Below, piece by piece: positions 8,637-18,187 of a stretch of 64,000 nucleotides of DNA. Every line of letters begins with the position of its first letter. The first letter of the stretch is position 1. This DNA is from an uncultured Eubacteriales bacterium (GTDB lineage: Bacteria; Bacillota; Clostridia; Oscillospirales; CAG-272), in NCBI GenBank assembly GCA_948467545.1, contig CAOKER010000003.1, positions 103,500 to 167,499 of the forward strand, read 5' to 3'. Below the pieces are notes generated by a model. The model saw nothing but the letters and a program-made list of their open reading frames with translations. It searched no databases and was not told where the DNA came from. Made by a program: the position numbers and the translations under genes.

Positions 8637-11039
8637 ATGAAGTATGATTTTACTGTTTCAGATAAAAAATGGCAGGACCGTTGGGAAGAGCAGGGTATCT
8701 TTCATGCCGAGAATAACAGCTCAAAGCCCAAATTTTACGGACTTGTCGAATTCCCGTATCCGTCGGGAGCGGGTATGCATGTCGGTCATATAAAGGCGTA
8801 TTCGGGACTTGAGGTTATATGCCGCAAAAAGCGTATGCAGGGATATAATGTCCTTTTTCCCATTGGATTTGATGCATTCGGTCTTCCTACAGAAAACTAT
8901 GCGATTAAAACAAAGACGCATCCGAGAACGGTTACTGACCGTAATATAGAGCACTTTACGGAACAGCTCAAGCGTATAGGCTTTTCATTTGACTGGAAAA
9001 GAGTTATAGATACCACGGAGGAAGATTACTACAAATGGACCCAGTGGATTTTTCTCAAAATGTTTGAGCACGGACTGGTTTTCAGGGATAAAACTCTGGT
9101 AAATTACTGTCCGTCATGTAAGGTTGTACTGTCAAATGAGGATTCTCAGGGAGGCAAATGTGATATTTGTCACAGCGACGTCGTTCAGAAGTCAAAGGAC
9201 GTTTGGTATCTCCGTATAACCGAGTATGCCGATAAACTTCTGGACGGTTTAAATACCGTTGATTATCCGGCTAATATTCGTATGCAGCAGGAAAACTGGA
9301 TCGGACGTTCCACGGGAGCTTTTGTAAATTTTGCACTTGACGGCATTGATGAAAAACTGCGTATATACACTACACGTCCGGATACACTCTTTGGTGTTAC
9401 CTTTATGGTTATTGCACCCGAACATCCTATAATAGATAAATATGCCGGCAGAATTTCCAATATGGATGAGATAGCTTCGTATCGGAATGCGTGCGCAAAA
9501 AAAACAGAGTTTGAGCGTACTCAGCTTGTTAAGGATAAGACCGGTGTCTGCATTAAGGGATTCGAGGCTGTTAATCCTGTCAACGGTAAGAAAATTCCCG
9601 TGTTTATTTCCGATTATGTTATGATGGGATACGGAACCGGTGCGATTATGGCTGTACCTGCGCATGATGACCGCGATTATGATTTTGCAAAAAAATTCGG
9701 AATAGAAATTATTGAGGTTATAAAGGGCGGCAATATAGCGGAAGGAGCTTACTCCGGCGACGGAGAAATGATAAATTCGGGATTTCTCGACGGATGCACA
9801 AGCAAAAAAGAATCTATTGATAAGATGATTCACTACATAAGCGAAAAGAGAATCGGGGAGGCAGGAGTTCAGTATAAAATGAAGGACTGGGCCTTTAACC
9901 GCCAGCGTTATTGGGGAGAACCGATTCCGATTGTGCATTGTGAAAAATGCGGTATGGTTGCGGTTCCTTACGATGAGCTTCCTCTGCGTCTTCCCGATAT
10001 GGAAAATTTTGAGCCGGGAGAGGGCGGAGAATCTCCGCTTGCAAAAATTGATTCCTTTGTCAACTGCAAATGCCCCAAATGCGGAGGAGATGCAAAGAGA
10101 GAAACGGACACAATGCCGCAGTGGGCAGGTTCCTCGTGGTACTTTCTGCGGTATATAGATCCACATAACACAGAATGCTTTGCGGATTCCGATGCTCTGA
10201 AATACTGGCTTCCCGTTGACTGGTATAACGGCGGAATGGAGCATGTTACAAGGCATCTGATATATTCAAGATTTTGGCATCGTTTTCTTTATGATATCGG
10301 CGAGGTTCCGACGGCTGAGCCGTACGCAAAACGTTCTGCTCAGGGAATGATTCTTGGCGAAAACGGTGTGAAGATGTCAAAATCTCTCGGAAATGTTGTA
10401 GATCCTGATGACGTTGTAAATAAATACGGTGCCGATACACTTCGTACCTATGTGCTTTTCATGGGCGATTACAGTTCTTCGGCGCCTTGGAGCGAAACCT
10501 CTGTTAAGGGATGTAAAAGATTTCTTGATCGGACTGCCGCTTTGAGCGATTTGGTTTCGGAGGATGATATAACTCCCGAACTGGAAGCGTCATTTCATAA
10601 AACGATAAAAAAAGTGACGGCTGATATTGATTTGATGAAATTCAATACGGCGGTTGCGGCACTTATGTCACTTTTGAATGAAATTTACGATGTAGGCAGA
10701 CTTACAAAGAAAGAGTTATCGGTCTTTATAAGATTGCTTTGCCCTTTTGCGCCTCATTTATGCGAGGAAATGTGGGAGCAGCTCGGAGAGGGCGGTTTTG
10801 TTTCGCTTTCCGAGTGGCCGGATTATGATGAGTCCAAGACTGCGGAGAAGTCTATCGAGATTCCGATACAGATAAACGGAAAGCTTCGTTCGGTTATAAC
10901 GGTTGATGCAGGGTCGTCTAAGGAATCAATTCTTGAGGCCGCACGTGCGGATGAACGTGTATCTTCCGCAATTGACGGTAAAACCATCGTCAAGGAAATA
11001 TACGTTTCGGGTAAACTTGTAAATCTTGTAGTTAAGTGA
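8637..11039 (+). CDS. leuS: Leucyl-tRNA synthetase
   Basis: Class I motifs HVGH (GMHVGHIKAY) and KMSKS (VKMSKSLGN); CP1 editing-domain length; 800 aa. Confidence 0.97.
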   Translation: MKYDFTVSDKKWQDRWEEQGIFHAENNSSKPKFYGLVEFPYPSGAGMHVGHIKAYSGLEVICRKKRMQGYNVLFPIGFDAFGLPTENYAIKTKTHPRTVTDRNIEHFTEQLKRIGFSFDWKRVIDTTEEDYYKWTQWIFLKMFEHGLVFRDKTLVNYCPSCKVVLSNEDSQGGKCDICHSDVVQKSKDVWYLRITEYADKLLDGLNTVDYPANIRMQQENWIGRSTGAFVNFALDGIDEKLRIYTTRPDTLFGVTFMVIAPEHPIIDKYAGRISNMDEIASYRNACAKKTEFERTQLVKDKTGVCIKGFEAVNPVNGKKIPVFISDYVMMGYGTGAIMAVPAHDDRDYDFAKKFGIEIIEVIKGGNIAEGAYSGDGEMINSGFLDGCTSKKESIDKMIHYISEKRIGEAGVQYKMKDWAFNRQRYWGEPIPIVHCEKCGMVAVPYDELPLRLPDMENFEPGEGGESPLAKIDSFVNCKCPKCGGDAKRETDTMPQWAGSSWYFLRYIDPHNTECFADSDALKYWLPVDWYNGGMEHVTRHLIYSRFWHRFLYDIGEVPTAEPYAKRSAQGMILGENGVKMSKSLGNVVDPDDVVNKYGADTLRTYVLFMGDYSSSAPWSETSVKGCKRFLDRTAALSDLVSEDDITPELEASFHKTIKKVTADIDLMKFNTAVAALMSLLNEIYDVGRLTKKELSVFIRLLCPFAPHLCEEMWEQLGEGGFVSLSEWPDYDESKTAEKSIEIPIQINGKLRSVITVDAGSSKESILEAARADERVSSAIDGKTIVKEIYVSGKLVNLVVK

Positions 11040-11128
11040 GTTTGAAAAATCTGCTTTGTTTTTCGGCAAAATCATAAATTCAATTGCAGTCGTTCTTTAA
11101 AGCGACAAGATGTTTATAGTATAAAAAA

Positions 11129-11160
11129 ATCAGAATTCTCCGTGAATTCTGATTTTTTTT
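11129..11160. terminator. Bidirectional intrinsic terminator between convergent leuS and the AraC-family gene
   Basis: Perfect 10-bp stem ATCAGAATTC/GAATTCTGAT with a 5-nt loop, flanked by an A-run (11123-11128) and a T-run (11154-11160). Confidence 0.8.
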
Positions 11161-11998
11161 AATTTTTAGTATCTGCCATTTGATTTTTTAAATCGATTAT
11201 TTGTGAATATCCGGGATATTCGACATACATTTTTTTGACGGAGTTTGCAGTTAACCCGGTGTTTGCTTTGAAAAATTTGTGAAGCGCCTCCGAGCTTTTA
11301 AAGCAATGGCGCTTTGCAATTGCAGACAAGGGAAGATCTGTACTGCAGAGGTCGTTTTTGATTCGGTTTATTCTTACCGCGTCAATATATTTTTTAATTC
11401 CCTTTGAATAAAAGCTTTTAAAAATTTTTGTTATGTAATCCTCGCTGTATCCAAAATGACTTGCAACGGCACTTACACGTATTCCGGAGGGTGCTTCGTT
11501 TTTTATCCAATCGCTGATAACCTGCTGAAAATTAAAGGTGTTATCACAGCTTGCCCCGTAAATTGAAAGCTCCATCAGTAAAAGACGCGCATAGTAATCC
11601 TGAATTACAGTGGTACATTCGGGAAACATGATACTTGAATTTAATTCTTCCCATAACATCTTGAGCTTGTTTGGATTTCTCGGAACTGTTACTTTTCTTA
11701 GCATAATTGATGCATCATCCGGTATAATCTCCTCATTCTCATCAGAAGAAAATATAAGGCGCATGAATCTGAGCGGTTCTTCGGACGGAGCAAGTCCGTA
11801 GTGGATGTGCTCCTTTTCAAGCCAAAGGACTGTGCCCTTTTTAACGTGAAATTCATGGTAGTCTTCGCATATATGCAGAGTACCGTTTGTTATGTATATG
11901 AGTTCATTTGCTCCGGAAGTATGCTTAGGATAAATCCATTTTGTAGATTCGATTGAATGATATCCGGATGATATAAATTTTATATTACTGCATTTCAA
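11159..11998 (-). CDS. AraC family transcriptional regulator (cupin sensor + HTH)
   Basis: N-terminal cupin-like region; C-terminal double HTH (YITKIFKSFY...LSAIAKRHCFKSSEALHKFFKANTG). Confidence 0.85.
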   Translation of the reverse strand: MKCSNIKFISSGYHSIESTKWIYPKHTSGANELIYITNGTLHICEDYHEFHVKKGTVLWLEKEHIHYGLAPSEEPLRFMRLIFSSDENEEIIPDDASIMLRKVTVPRNPNKLKMLWEELNSSIMFPECTTVIQDYYARLLLMELSIYGASCDNTFNFQQVISDWIKNEAPSGIRVSAVASHFGYSEDYITKIFKSFYSKGIKKYIDAVRINRIKNDLCSTDLPLSAIAKRHCFKSSEALHKFFKANTGLTANSVKKMYVEYPGYSQIIDLKNQMADTKN

Positions 11999-12083
11999 TT
12001 GATTAAATAAAATTGCAGACTCCTTAAAAAGGATATTTGCGTTTTCCTTTCTGTAATAGTATTATAAAAAAATCAAAAATAAA

Positions 12084-12110
12084 AAGACTTTTCATTAATA
12101 GAAAAGTCTT
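12084..12110 (-). terminator. Intrinsic terminator of the tRNA operon
   Basis: 10-bp stem AAGACTTTTC/GAAAAGTCTT; on the minus strand it follows tRNA-Glu and is followed by a T-rich run. Confidence 0.7.
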
Positions 12111-12117
12111 AAAGAAA

Positions 12118-12192
12118 TGGTGACCCGTAGGGGAATCGAACCCCTGTTACTGCCGTGAAAGGGCGGTGTCTTAGCCTCTTGACCAACGGGCC
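12118..12192 (-). tRNA. tRNA-Glu (anticodon UUC), CCA encoded
   Basis: Reverse complement reads GGCCCGTTGGTCAAGAGGCTAAGACACCGCCCTTTCACGGCAGTAACAGGGGTTCGATTCCCCTACGGGTCACCA. It has a 7-bp acceptor stem, a CTTTCAC anticodon loop and a GTTCGATTC T-loop. Confidence 0.9.
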
Positions 12193-12234
12193 GTATATCA
12201 TTGCAGATATCTGCAATGAACAGATAAAAATCCA

Positions 12235-12311
12235 TGGTAGCGGAAGTCGGACTTGAACCAACGACCTGCCGGGTATGAACCGGACGCTCTAGCCAGCTGA
12301 GCTATTCCGCC
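12235..12311 (-). tRNA. tRNA with CAU anticodon (elongator Met, or Ile2 if lysidinylated), CCA encoded
   Basis: Reverse complement reads GGCGGAATAGCTCAGCTGGCTAGAGCGTCCGGTTCATACCCGGCAGGTCGTTGGTTCAAGTCCGACTTCCGCTACCA. The 1-72 pair is G-C, so it is not an initiator. Confidence 0.85.
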
Positions 12312-12350
12312 AAATTGTATAACTGCGTCAGAAACGCTCAACGCTCACCT

Positions 12351-12379
12351 ATTATATCACAGTTTTTTTTTCTTGTCAA
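12351..12379 (-). promoter_or_regulatory. Consensus sigma-70 promoter of the tRNA-Met/tRNA-Glu operon
   Basis: Minus strand reads TTGACA (12379-12374), 17-nt spacer, TATAAT (12356-12351), about 40 nt upstream of tRNA-Met. Confidence 0.75.
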
Positions 12380-12433
12380 TAGTTTTGCTTCGATTTTTAA
12401 TAAAATGTTTATACGATTTTCTTTCGATTTTCA

Positions 12434-12462
12434 TTGTAATTTACGTTTGAATGTTGTATAAT
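12434..12462 (+). promoter_or_regulatory. Candidate promoter of the RnfC-like/RnfD-like operon
   Basis: TTGTAA (12434-12439), 17-nt spacer, TATAAT (12457-12462). Confidence 0.5.
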
Positions 12463-12543
12463 AAATAAAGTGTATGCTTTAATTTATTTAAGAATATCAT
12501 ACTAAATCGGTAAAAAAATTCCAAATATCCGGAGGTGAACTCG

Positions 12544-13884
12544 GTGACATCAAAACTTTCTCACGGAAGCGGCGGGGTGGGCTTTCGCCGTATGCGTCAA
12601 AATTCAAGTGAAGAGCTGTGTGTAATTACCGATGTCCCATATTTGAAGATTTCTTTGCACGGATATAACGGAGAGACTGCAGTGCCGACGATATCTTCGG
12701 GAGATAGAGTTTTGGCGGGACAGCTGATTGCTGATTCCGACGGAGAGTTCTCGGTACCGATTTACAGCGGAATATCGGGAATTGTTACCGGTATTGAAGA
12801 GAAGCAGGATATATACGGTGAGCTGCGCCGTTTTATAATCATACGCGGAGACGGAAATAATCGGACGGTAAAGCCGGAGCCGTACAGCAAACGGCTTGCC
12901 GATTCAACTCCTGAAGAATTAATTGAATTTATCCGTAAAACAGGAGTTGTGGGACGTGATAAGTATCCTTTGTGGAAAAACATATCTGAATCACGCGGGG
13001 CCGCAAAGCGGCTTATTATAAACGCTGTGCCGTGCGATCCTGACGATAAAGCCGGACACTGTGTAATGTTCGAGTATGCGGAGCGCATGCTATGCGGAAT
13101 TAAGATAATTTTAAAGGCTCTTGAGCTGAGACACGCTGTAATTGTTCTCTCAGATTCAATGAAGAGACAAGCCGACAAGCTGGAGAGCATTATGGAGGCG
13201 GAGGGCAGCGGCAAATTATTTTCGATTGCTTTCGCGGCTGACAGATATCCTCTTTATGAGGAGGGGCAGATTATAAATTCTGTCGGAGGGGAAACTCTTA
13301 AAAGCGGGGAAAGACCATATAAAACAGGCTATGCGGTTGTTGACGCCGTATCCTGTGTCGAATTGTTCGCGTCTTTTTCCGAAGGCCTTCCGTGTACGAA
13401 TACGATTTTGTCTGTCGGAGGGGATTGTCCGAGAAAACCGAAGACCGTAATACTCCCTCACGGTTCAGAAATATCTGTGCTTGAAAATGTTTGCGGCGGA
13501 TTTTGGAAAAAACCGCTTAGAATTATTGCGGGCGGAAGGATGAGAGGAAGAGTATACAGAGAAAATGATACGGTTGACCGCGGAATGAGATTGCTGCAGT
13601 TTGACTACGTTATTGAAAATCGCGGTATTAAGAACTGTATCAGATGCGGAAAGTGCGTCGAAGTCTGTCCCGCTCGTCTTGCACCTGTTTACCTTTCAAA
13701 TTATGCTGCCAAGAATAATACGGAAAAGTGTATAGAGTTTAGAATTGAAGACTGTACCGAATGCGGATGCTGTTCTTATGTATGTCCGTGCGGTATTCCG
13801 CTTGTCAAAAATATAAGACTGGGAAAAAAGCTTATTGATACATCACGGAAGGAGGACGAGACGCCGGATGTCAGACGGAGGTAA
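12544..13884 (+). CDS. RnfC-like iron-sulfur protein (non-canonical: flavin/NADH glycine motif absent)
   Basis: GTG 12544 lies 8 nt after GGAGG. RnfC-type N-terminal barrel (SGISGIVTGIEE). Two 4Fe-4S motifs, CIRCGKCVEVCP and CTECGCCSYVCP. The position of GGAGFP reads RDKYPL, and ECEPY reads PCDPD. Confidence 0.7.
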   Translation: MTSKLSHGSGGVGFRRMRQNSSEELCVITDVPYLKISLHGYNGETAVPTISSGDRVLAGQLIADSDGEFSVPIYSGISGIVTGIEEKQDIYGELRRFIIIRGDGNNRTVKPEPYSKRLADSTPEELIEFIRKTGVVGRDKYPLWKNISESRGAAKRLIINAVPCDPDDKAGHCVMFEYAERMLCGIKIILKALELRHAVIVLSDSMKRQADKLESIMEAEGSGKLFSIAFAADRYPLYEEGQIINSVGGETLKSGERPYKTGYAVVDAVSCVELFASFSEGLPCTNTILSVGGDCPRKPKTVILPHGSEISVLENVCGGFWKKPLRIIAGGRMRGRVYRENDTVDRGMRLLQFDYVIENRGIKNCIRCGKCVEVCPARLAPVYLSNYAAKNNTEKCIEFRIEDCTECGCCSYVCPCGIPLVKNIRLGKKLIDTSRKEDETPDVRRR

Positions 13885-15772
13885 GGAAAACAGAAAAAAA
13901 AGTGTTGAAGAAGAGCTTTTTCGTCTATATACAAATTTTGAGGCGGAAACATCTGAAAATGAAGATACTCGGCAGGGCGGGAATGAAGAGGATGACGATA
14001 TATTCGACGCGGAGGATTCTTTCGACCTTTGTGAAGACCGCCCTGACGTGAGTGAAAACGAATTGGATTTTAAGGACGGCTTGGCCGAAAATAAGCCGCG
14101 GAATCTATCAGCCGATAAATACAATCAGTTCGGTAAAGAGGCTTATGAAAATATAAAGGAAGAGAATATAAATAGTACAAATGTAAATGCCGGGCATAAT
14201 TATAGCTTAGGCAGGATGTCCCGCGCCTCAGGGACGGCGGATTCCGTGTTTGAGAACAGCATAGGTCACAATCCCGTACCGAACAATCTTGAATCTGACG
14301 CAGCTCCTGCCGCGCCTCATGACGGGAGTAGCCCCTTACTGAAATTATCCGAAGAGGTTTGGGAAGAAAATTCTGGAAAAGAGCAGTCGGAGACATCTAT
14401 AGAAAAAGACAATACATCAGAGCGGTATTCCGAATCGGGAAAACAGGCTGCCGCGGCTTTTAATGCCGAGACTGTCGAGGCGGCAGAGCTTGCAGATTCC
14501 TTTCCCTCAAAGCAGAAATCGACAGACAATGCCGAAAAAGAATCAGGTATTAATAAGTTTGGAAATAAAAAAAATGTTAAGCGCAAATTTAATGAGAAGC
14601 TTGAGATAAAATACAATAAAAATTCAATCTTGAGTGATGGAAACCTCCGAGAGGGTGAAGGAAACCTCCAAGCGGAGAAAAAAAACAATGCGTCGGCTAA
14701 AGAAAAGAAAAATCGTTTTGAACGTATTATAGATAATTATTCGCGTTCCGGGAGCAGTGAAAAATTACTTTCAGACTCTCCGTATATTACCGCAGGGAAA
14801 ACACCGATGAATATGTACGCCGATTTTATAATTGCCGCTGTACCGCTGCTTATTTGGGCGGTTTATCTGTATGGCTTTAGGGTTATTCTTGTTTCTTTGG
14901 TGTCCGTACTTTCATGTGTGTGTTTTGAGCTTTGGTTTGAGTATCTGGTATACAGGCGGGTTACGGTTCAGAATTTGTCGGCGGTAAAAGAAGGACTTTT
15001 TCTTTCACTTCTGTTTCCGGCGGCGGTTCCCCTTTGGATTCCGATAGTGGCGGCGTTTTTCGGAACGGTAGTGATAAAGGAGTTATTCGGAGGTTTGGGA
15101 AAAAATCTTTTGAATCCCTCTCTTGCGGGCTTTGCATTGGTTTCCGTAATTTTCAGAGAATCGGCAGCCGTATTTACCGCTCCATTTTCATATTTACCTT
15201 TGTTCGGAGCCGCTGATGAAGTATTGAGCGGAATGTCGGGGCTATATCCGCTTTCGTCCGTATGCGGAGGCTCATTGCCTTCGGGATCATACGCGGAAAT
15301 GATTATCGGTCAGCGAGCCGGCTCGATCGGAGAAGTGTCTGCCGTTCTAATTTGTGCAGGTCTTATATATCTTATTATGCGGCGTGTGATTTCATGGCAA
15401 ATACCGATTAGCTTTCTTGTTGTTTCAATATTTTTATATTTTGTATTTCCGCGTCATATTCTGTCTTACAGATTTACAATTACCGAGATGCTTTGCGGGA
15501 TGATACCTTTATGTGCGGTTTATTTTGCTTCGGATTTTTCAACTGCACCGATATTTAAATCCGGAAAAATTATCTTTGGCGCCGGATGCGGTGTTCTTAC
15601 TGTAATTCTGAGATACGCAGGCGTCGGAATTTACAGCACTGTGTACGCAATACTTGTAATGAATCTTGCGGCAAGACCTATAGATTTATATGTTATTCCA
15701 TTCTTTGCGAAAATGTTTCGCAGCGGGAAAATACGGTTTAGCCGCAGAAGTATTTCGGAAAACAATAAATAA
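13868..15772 (+). CDS. RnfD/NqrB-family membrane protein with about 300-aa acidic low-complexity N-terminal extension
   Basis: C-terminal 330 aa carries RnfD blocks SPYITAG, KELFGGLGKNLLNPSLAG and GSIGEVSAVLICAGLIYL. ORF opens at 13835; ATG 13868 preferred, so the start is uncertain. Confidence 0.7.
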   Translation: MSDGGKENRKKSVEEELFRLYTNFEAETSENEDTRQGGNEEDDDIFDAEDSFDLCEDRPDVSENELDFKDGLAENKPRNLSADKYNQFGKEAYENIKEENINSTNVNAGHNYSLGRMSRASGTADSVFENSIGHNPVPNNLESDAAPAAPHDGSSPLLKLSEEVWEENSGKEQSETSIEKDNTSERYSESGKQAAAAFNAETVEAAELADSFPSKQKSTDNAEKESGINKFGNKKNVKRKFNEKLEIKYNKNSILSDGNLREGEGNLQAEKKNNASAKEKKNRFERIIDNYSRSGSSEKLLSDSPYITAGKTPMNMYADFIIAAVPLLIWAVYLYGFRVILVSLVSVLSCVCFELWFEYLVYRRVTVQNLSAVKEGLFLSLLFPAAVPLWIPIVAAFFGTVVIKELFGGLGKNLLNPSLAGFALVSVIFRESAAVFTAPFSYLPLFGAADEVLSGMSGLYPLSSVCGGSLPSGSYAEMIIGQRAGSIGEVSAVLICAGLIYLIMRRVISWQIPISFLVVSIFLYFVFPRHILSYRFTITEMLCGMIPLCAVYFASDFSTAPIFKSGKIIFGAGCGVLTVILRYAGVGIYSTVYAILVMNLAARPIDLYVIPFFAKMFRSGKIRFSRRSISENNK

Positions 15773-15880
15773 ATTTTGTGTGAATGACTGATTGCCGATT
15801 GTAAAAATGTGAAGCTTTTTATGCTTGCTTTTTGGCTTCGGAAATGTATATTATATTTATAAGGTATATAATAATTTATT

Positions 15881-16363
15881 ATGATTAATATTGTTCTTGT
15901 AGAGCCTGAAATTCCTCAGAACACCGGGAATATCGCCCGAACCTGTGCTGCGACCGGAGCTGCGCTTCATCTTGTAAAACCGCTTGGTTTTGCCGTTGAT
16001 GACAGAAAGCTTAAACGCGCGGGACTTGATTATTGGCATGAGCTTAATATAACGTACTACGACAGTTTAGATGACTTTTTAAATAAACACGGCTGCGATT
16101 CTCTTTATTACTTTTCTACAAAGGCTCCGCGATGTTATTCTGAAGTTGCCTATCCGGAAAATTGTTTTCTTGTTTTTGGAAAGGAAACCCGCGGGCTTCC
16201 GGAGTGGCTGCTTGAGGCTAATCTTGAAAGAAGCGTAAGGCTTCCCATGCGTAAAAATCTGAGAAGCCTTAATCTTTCAAATACTGTTGCGGTTGCCGTT
16301 TACGAAGCGCTTCGCCAGGGACAATTTTCCGGGCTTGAGAAGTCGGGGAAATATAGTTTATAA
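15881..16363 (+). CDS. trmL: tRNA (cytidine/uridine-34-2'-O)-methyltransferase TrmL (SpoU family)
   Basis: MINIVLVEPEIPQNTGNIARTCAATGAALHLVKPLGF and LNLSNTVAVAVYEALRQ SPOUT knot motifs; about 160 aa. Confidence 0.9.
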   Translation: MINIVLVEPEIPQNTGNIARTCAATGAALHLVKPLGFAVDDRKLKRAGLDYWHELNITYYDSLDDFLNKHGCDSLYYFSTKAPRCYSEVAYPENCFLVFGKETRGLPEWLLEANLERSVRLPMRKNLRSLNLSNTVAVAVYEALRQGQFSGLEKSGKYSL

Positions 16364-16514
16364 AAGTCTTTTATTAATGCATACGATCAGTCGTGCGGCG
16401 TCACGGGGACGGACTGTATCGCCACCGAAAAAAGCCGGTGAAGACCGCGCCTCATAGGGGAACATTTTGTCTTTTGTTATATTAAAACTTTTGAGTATAA
16501 TTAATTTAAACTTA

Positions 16515-16543
16515 TTGACATCGTATCTGATTTGTTGTAAAAT
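16515..16543 (+). promoter_or_regulatory. Candidate promoter giving a leader of about 310 nt upstream of asnA
   Basis: TTGACA (16515-16520), 17-nt spacer, TAAAAT (16538-16543). Confidence 0.5.
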
Positions 16544-16855
16544 AAACAAATAAGTACTATATAATAACGAAGGAAAGGGTATATCGCTCTTGTCCTTTGA
16601 TTTTTATCTGCCGACAGTTCCGGCATATTTATCATTTTGTGATTAAATCTGTCAGCCGGCAATCGGACGGCGATTGTATTTTTATCAAAATATGTACTAT
16701 CGTCCGCCTATAAAGATAACAGTCATATAAGTCTGAAGCCGGAGACTGTTTTCTATGACCGCTGAATGTTGATACGGTGATTGTATTTTCAGACAAGACA
16801 TATTGCTTATAGTTATACGCGGATAATACGGCGAAAAGTTTGCCGAATCCGGGAA

Positions 16856-17872
16856 ATGGAGAATATTATGCATACAGTAATTCCGGAAAACTACAAGCCG
16901 GTTCTCGGCTTGTATGATACGCAAACAGCAATTGGTATGATTAAACAGAATTTTCAGCAGGGATTATCGTCGGCTTTAAATCTTAAACGTGTGACCGCGC
17001 CTCTTTTTGTAAATCCTCTTACCGGGCTTAATGATAACCTTAACGGCGTCGAGCGGCCTGTAAGTTTTGACATAGCAAATACCGACATTAGGGCGGAGGT
17101 CGTTCATTCTCTTGCAAAATGGAAACGTATGGCACTTCTGCGGTATGGGTTTAAGGCGGGAGAAGGCATATACACAGATATGAATGCAATTCGCCGTGAT
17201 GAAGAAATGGATAATCTGCATTCGGTTTATACCGACCAGTGGGATTGGGAGCGGATAATTACACGAGAGGAGCGCAATGAAGATACACTTCGCAGAGTTG
17301 TCTCTGCAATTGTCGGAGCTGTGTGTGATGCAAATGAAAAACTGAAGAAAGAATATCGGGAGCTCTCATGCGAGATCAAACGTGATGTGACGTTTGTCAC
17401 TTCTCAGGAGCTTGAAGATATGTATCCGGAGCTGTCTCCAAAGGAACGGGAAAATGCTTTTGTCCGTGAGCATAAAACGGTCTTTGTAATGCAGATAGGA
17501 AAGAAGCTTCGTTCGGGATTGAGACATGATGGTCGAGCTCCTGATTATGACGACTGGAATCTTAACGGCGATATTCTTGTGTGGAACGAAGTGCTGAAAA
17601 TGGCATTTGAGCTGTCATCTATGGGAATTCGTGTTGATGAAAAATCACTTGACCGGCAGCTTGCGGAGCTTGGGGTAAATGAGCGAAGAGAGCTTACATA
17701 TCATAAAATGCTTCTCGAAGGAAAACTTCCTTTGACAATCGGAGGAGGTATTGGCCAATCGCGTCTGTGCATGCTTCTTCTTCAGAAAGCACATATTGGT
17801 GAGGTTCAGGTGTCTGTTTGGGATGATGAAACATGTCTGAGTTGTGAAAAGGGCGGAATTCCGCTGCTATAA
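16856..17872 (+). CDS. asnA: Aspartate-ammonia ligase (asparagine synthetase A)
   Basis: AsnA blocks LKRVTAPLF, NDNLNGVERPVSF, TDQWDWERII, GGGIGQSRLCMLLL. Start is ATG 16856 or 16868; the upstream part of the ORF (from 16781) is not AsnA-like. Confidence 0.9.
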   Translation: MENIMHTVIPENYKPVLGLYDTQTAIGMIKQNFQQGLSSALNLKRVTAPLFVNPLTGLNDNLNGVERPVSFDIANTDIRAEVVHSLAKWKRMALLRYGFKAGEGIYTDMNAIRRDEEMDNLHSVYTDQWDWERIITREERNEDTLRRVVSAIVGAVCDANEKLKKEYRELSCEIKRDVTFVTSQELEDMYPELSPKERENAFVREHKTVFVMQIGKKLRSGLRHDGRAPDYDDWNLNGDILVWNEVLKMAFELSSMGIRVDEKSLDRQLAELGVNERRELTYHKMLLEGKLPLTIGGGIGQSRLCMLLLQKAHIGEVQVSVWDDETCLSCEKGGIPLL

Positions 17873-18187
17873 AATCGAAGCGCTTATATGATGAAAGATA
17901 CCTGTTTTGGGTGTCTCGTCATACGGGTTGATAAGAGTTAAATTTGCGTAAAGTTTGCTTTGATACTTTTGGCAGATGATTCGCCGATAGGACTTTGTGT
18001 AGCGGCGCTTTATCACTGCAATGCCTTATAACTATAGCAAGATCAAGATGTTCCCTGCATTTTTTGCGGCGGTTTTCCACATCATCATTTTTCGGCGGCT
18101 GTATAATCCGCCAATATGACATCTCATAACGGCGCTTTGTGTATATTGAAATGTGCTTGTTACTGTTTATTGAAAGGAAATAATAAT

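Noticed and set aside
9249-10256. 335-aa minus-strand ORF inside leuS. Similar long antisense ORFs occur at 4182-4859, 30756-31607, 47467-48282 and 31753-32343
   Set aside because: Each lies entirely antisense to a gene with strong family motifs. Each has an odd composition rich in Cys, Phe, Arg and Ile, with no RBS or recognisable domain. These are shadow ORFs.
16381-16460. GC-rich ~80-nt island after trmL (CAGTCGTGCGGCGTCACGGGGACGGACTG...CACCGAAAAAAGCCGGTG), considered as a riboswitch or sRNA
   Set aside because: It can form hairpins, but I could not match it to any known RNA family. It lies upstream of the asnA promoter and has no terminator or T-run, so the evidence is too weak to call.
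16364-16855. T-box riboswitch upstream of asnA
   Set aside because: No GGGTGGTACCGCG-like T-box core, no AGAGA/GNUGNGA stem I features and no plausible AAC specifier context were found on either strand.
17919-18122. 67-aa minus-strand ORF between asnA and the SGNH hydrolase, considered as a transposase or HTH fragment
   Set aside because: I could not match it to any IS family. There are no inverted repeats or RBS, so it is left unannotated.
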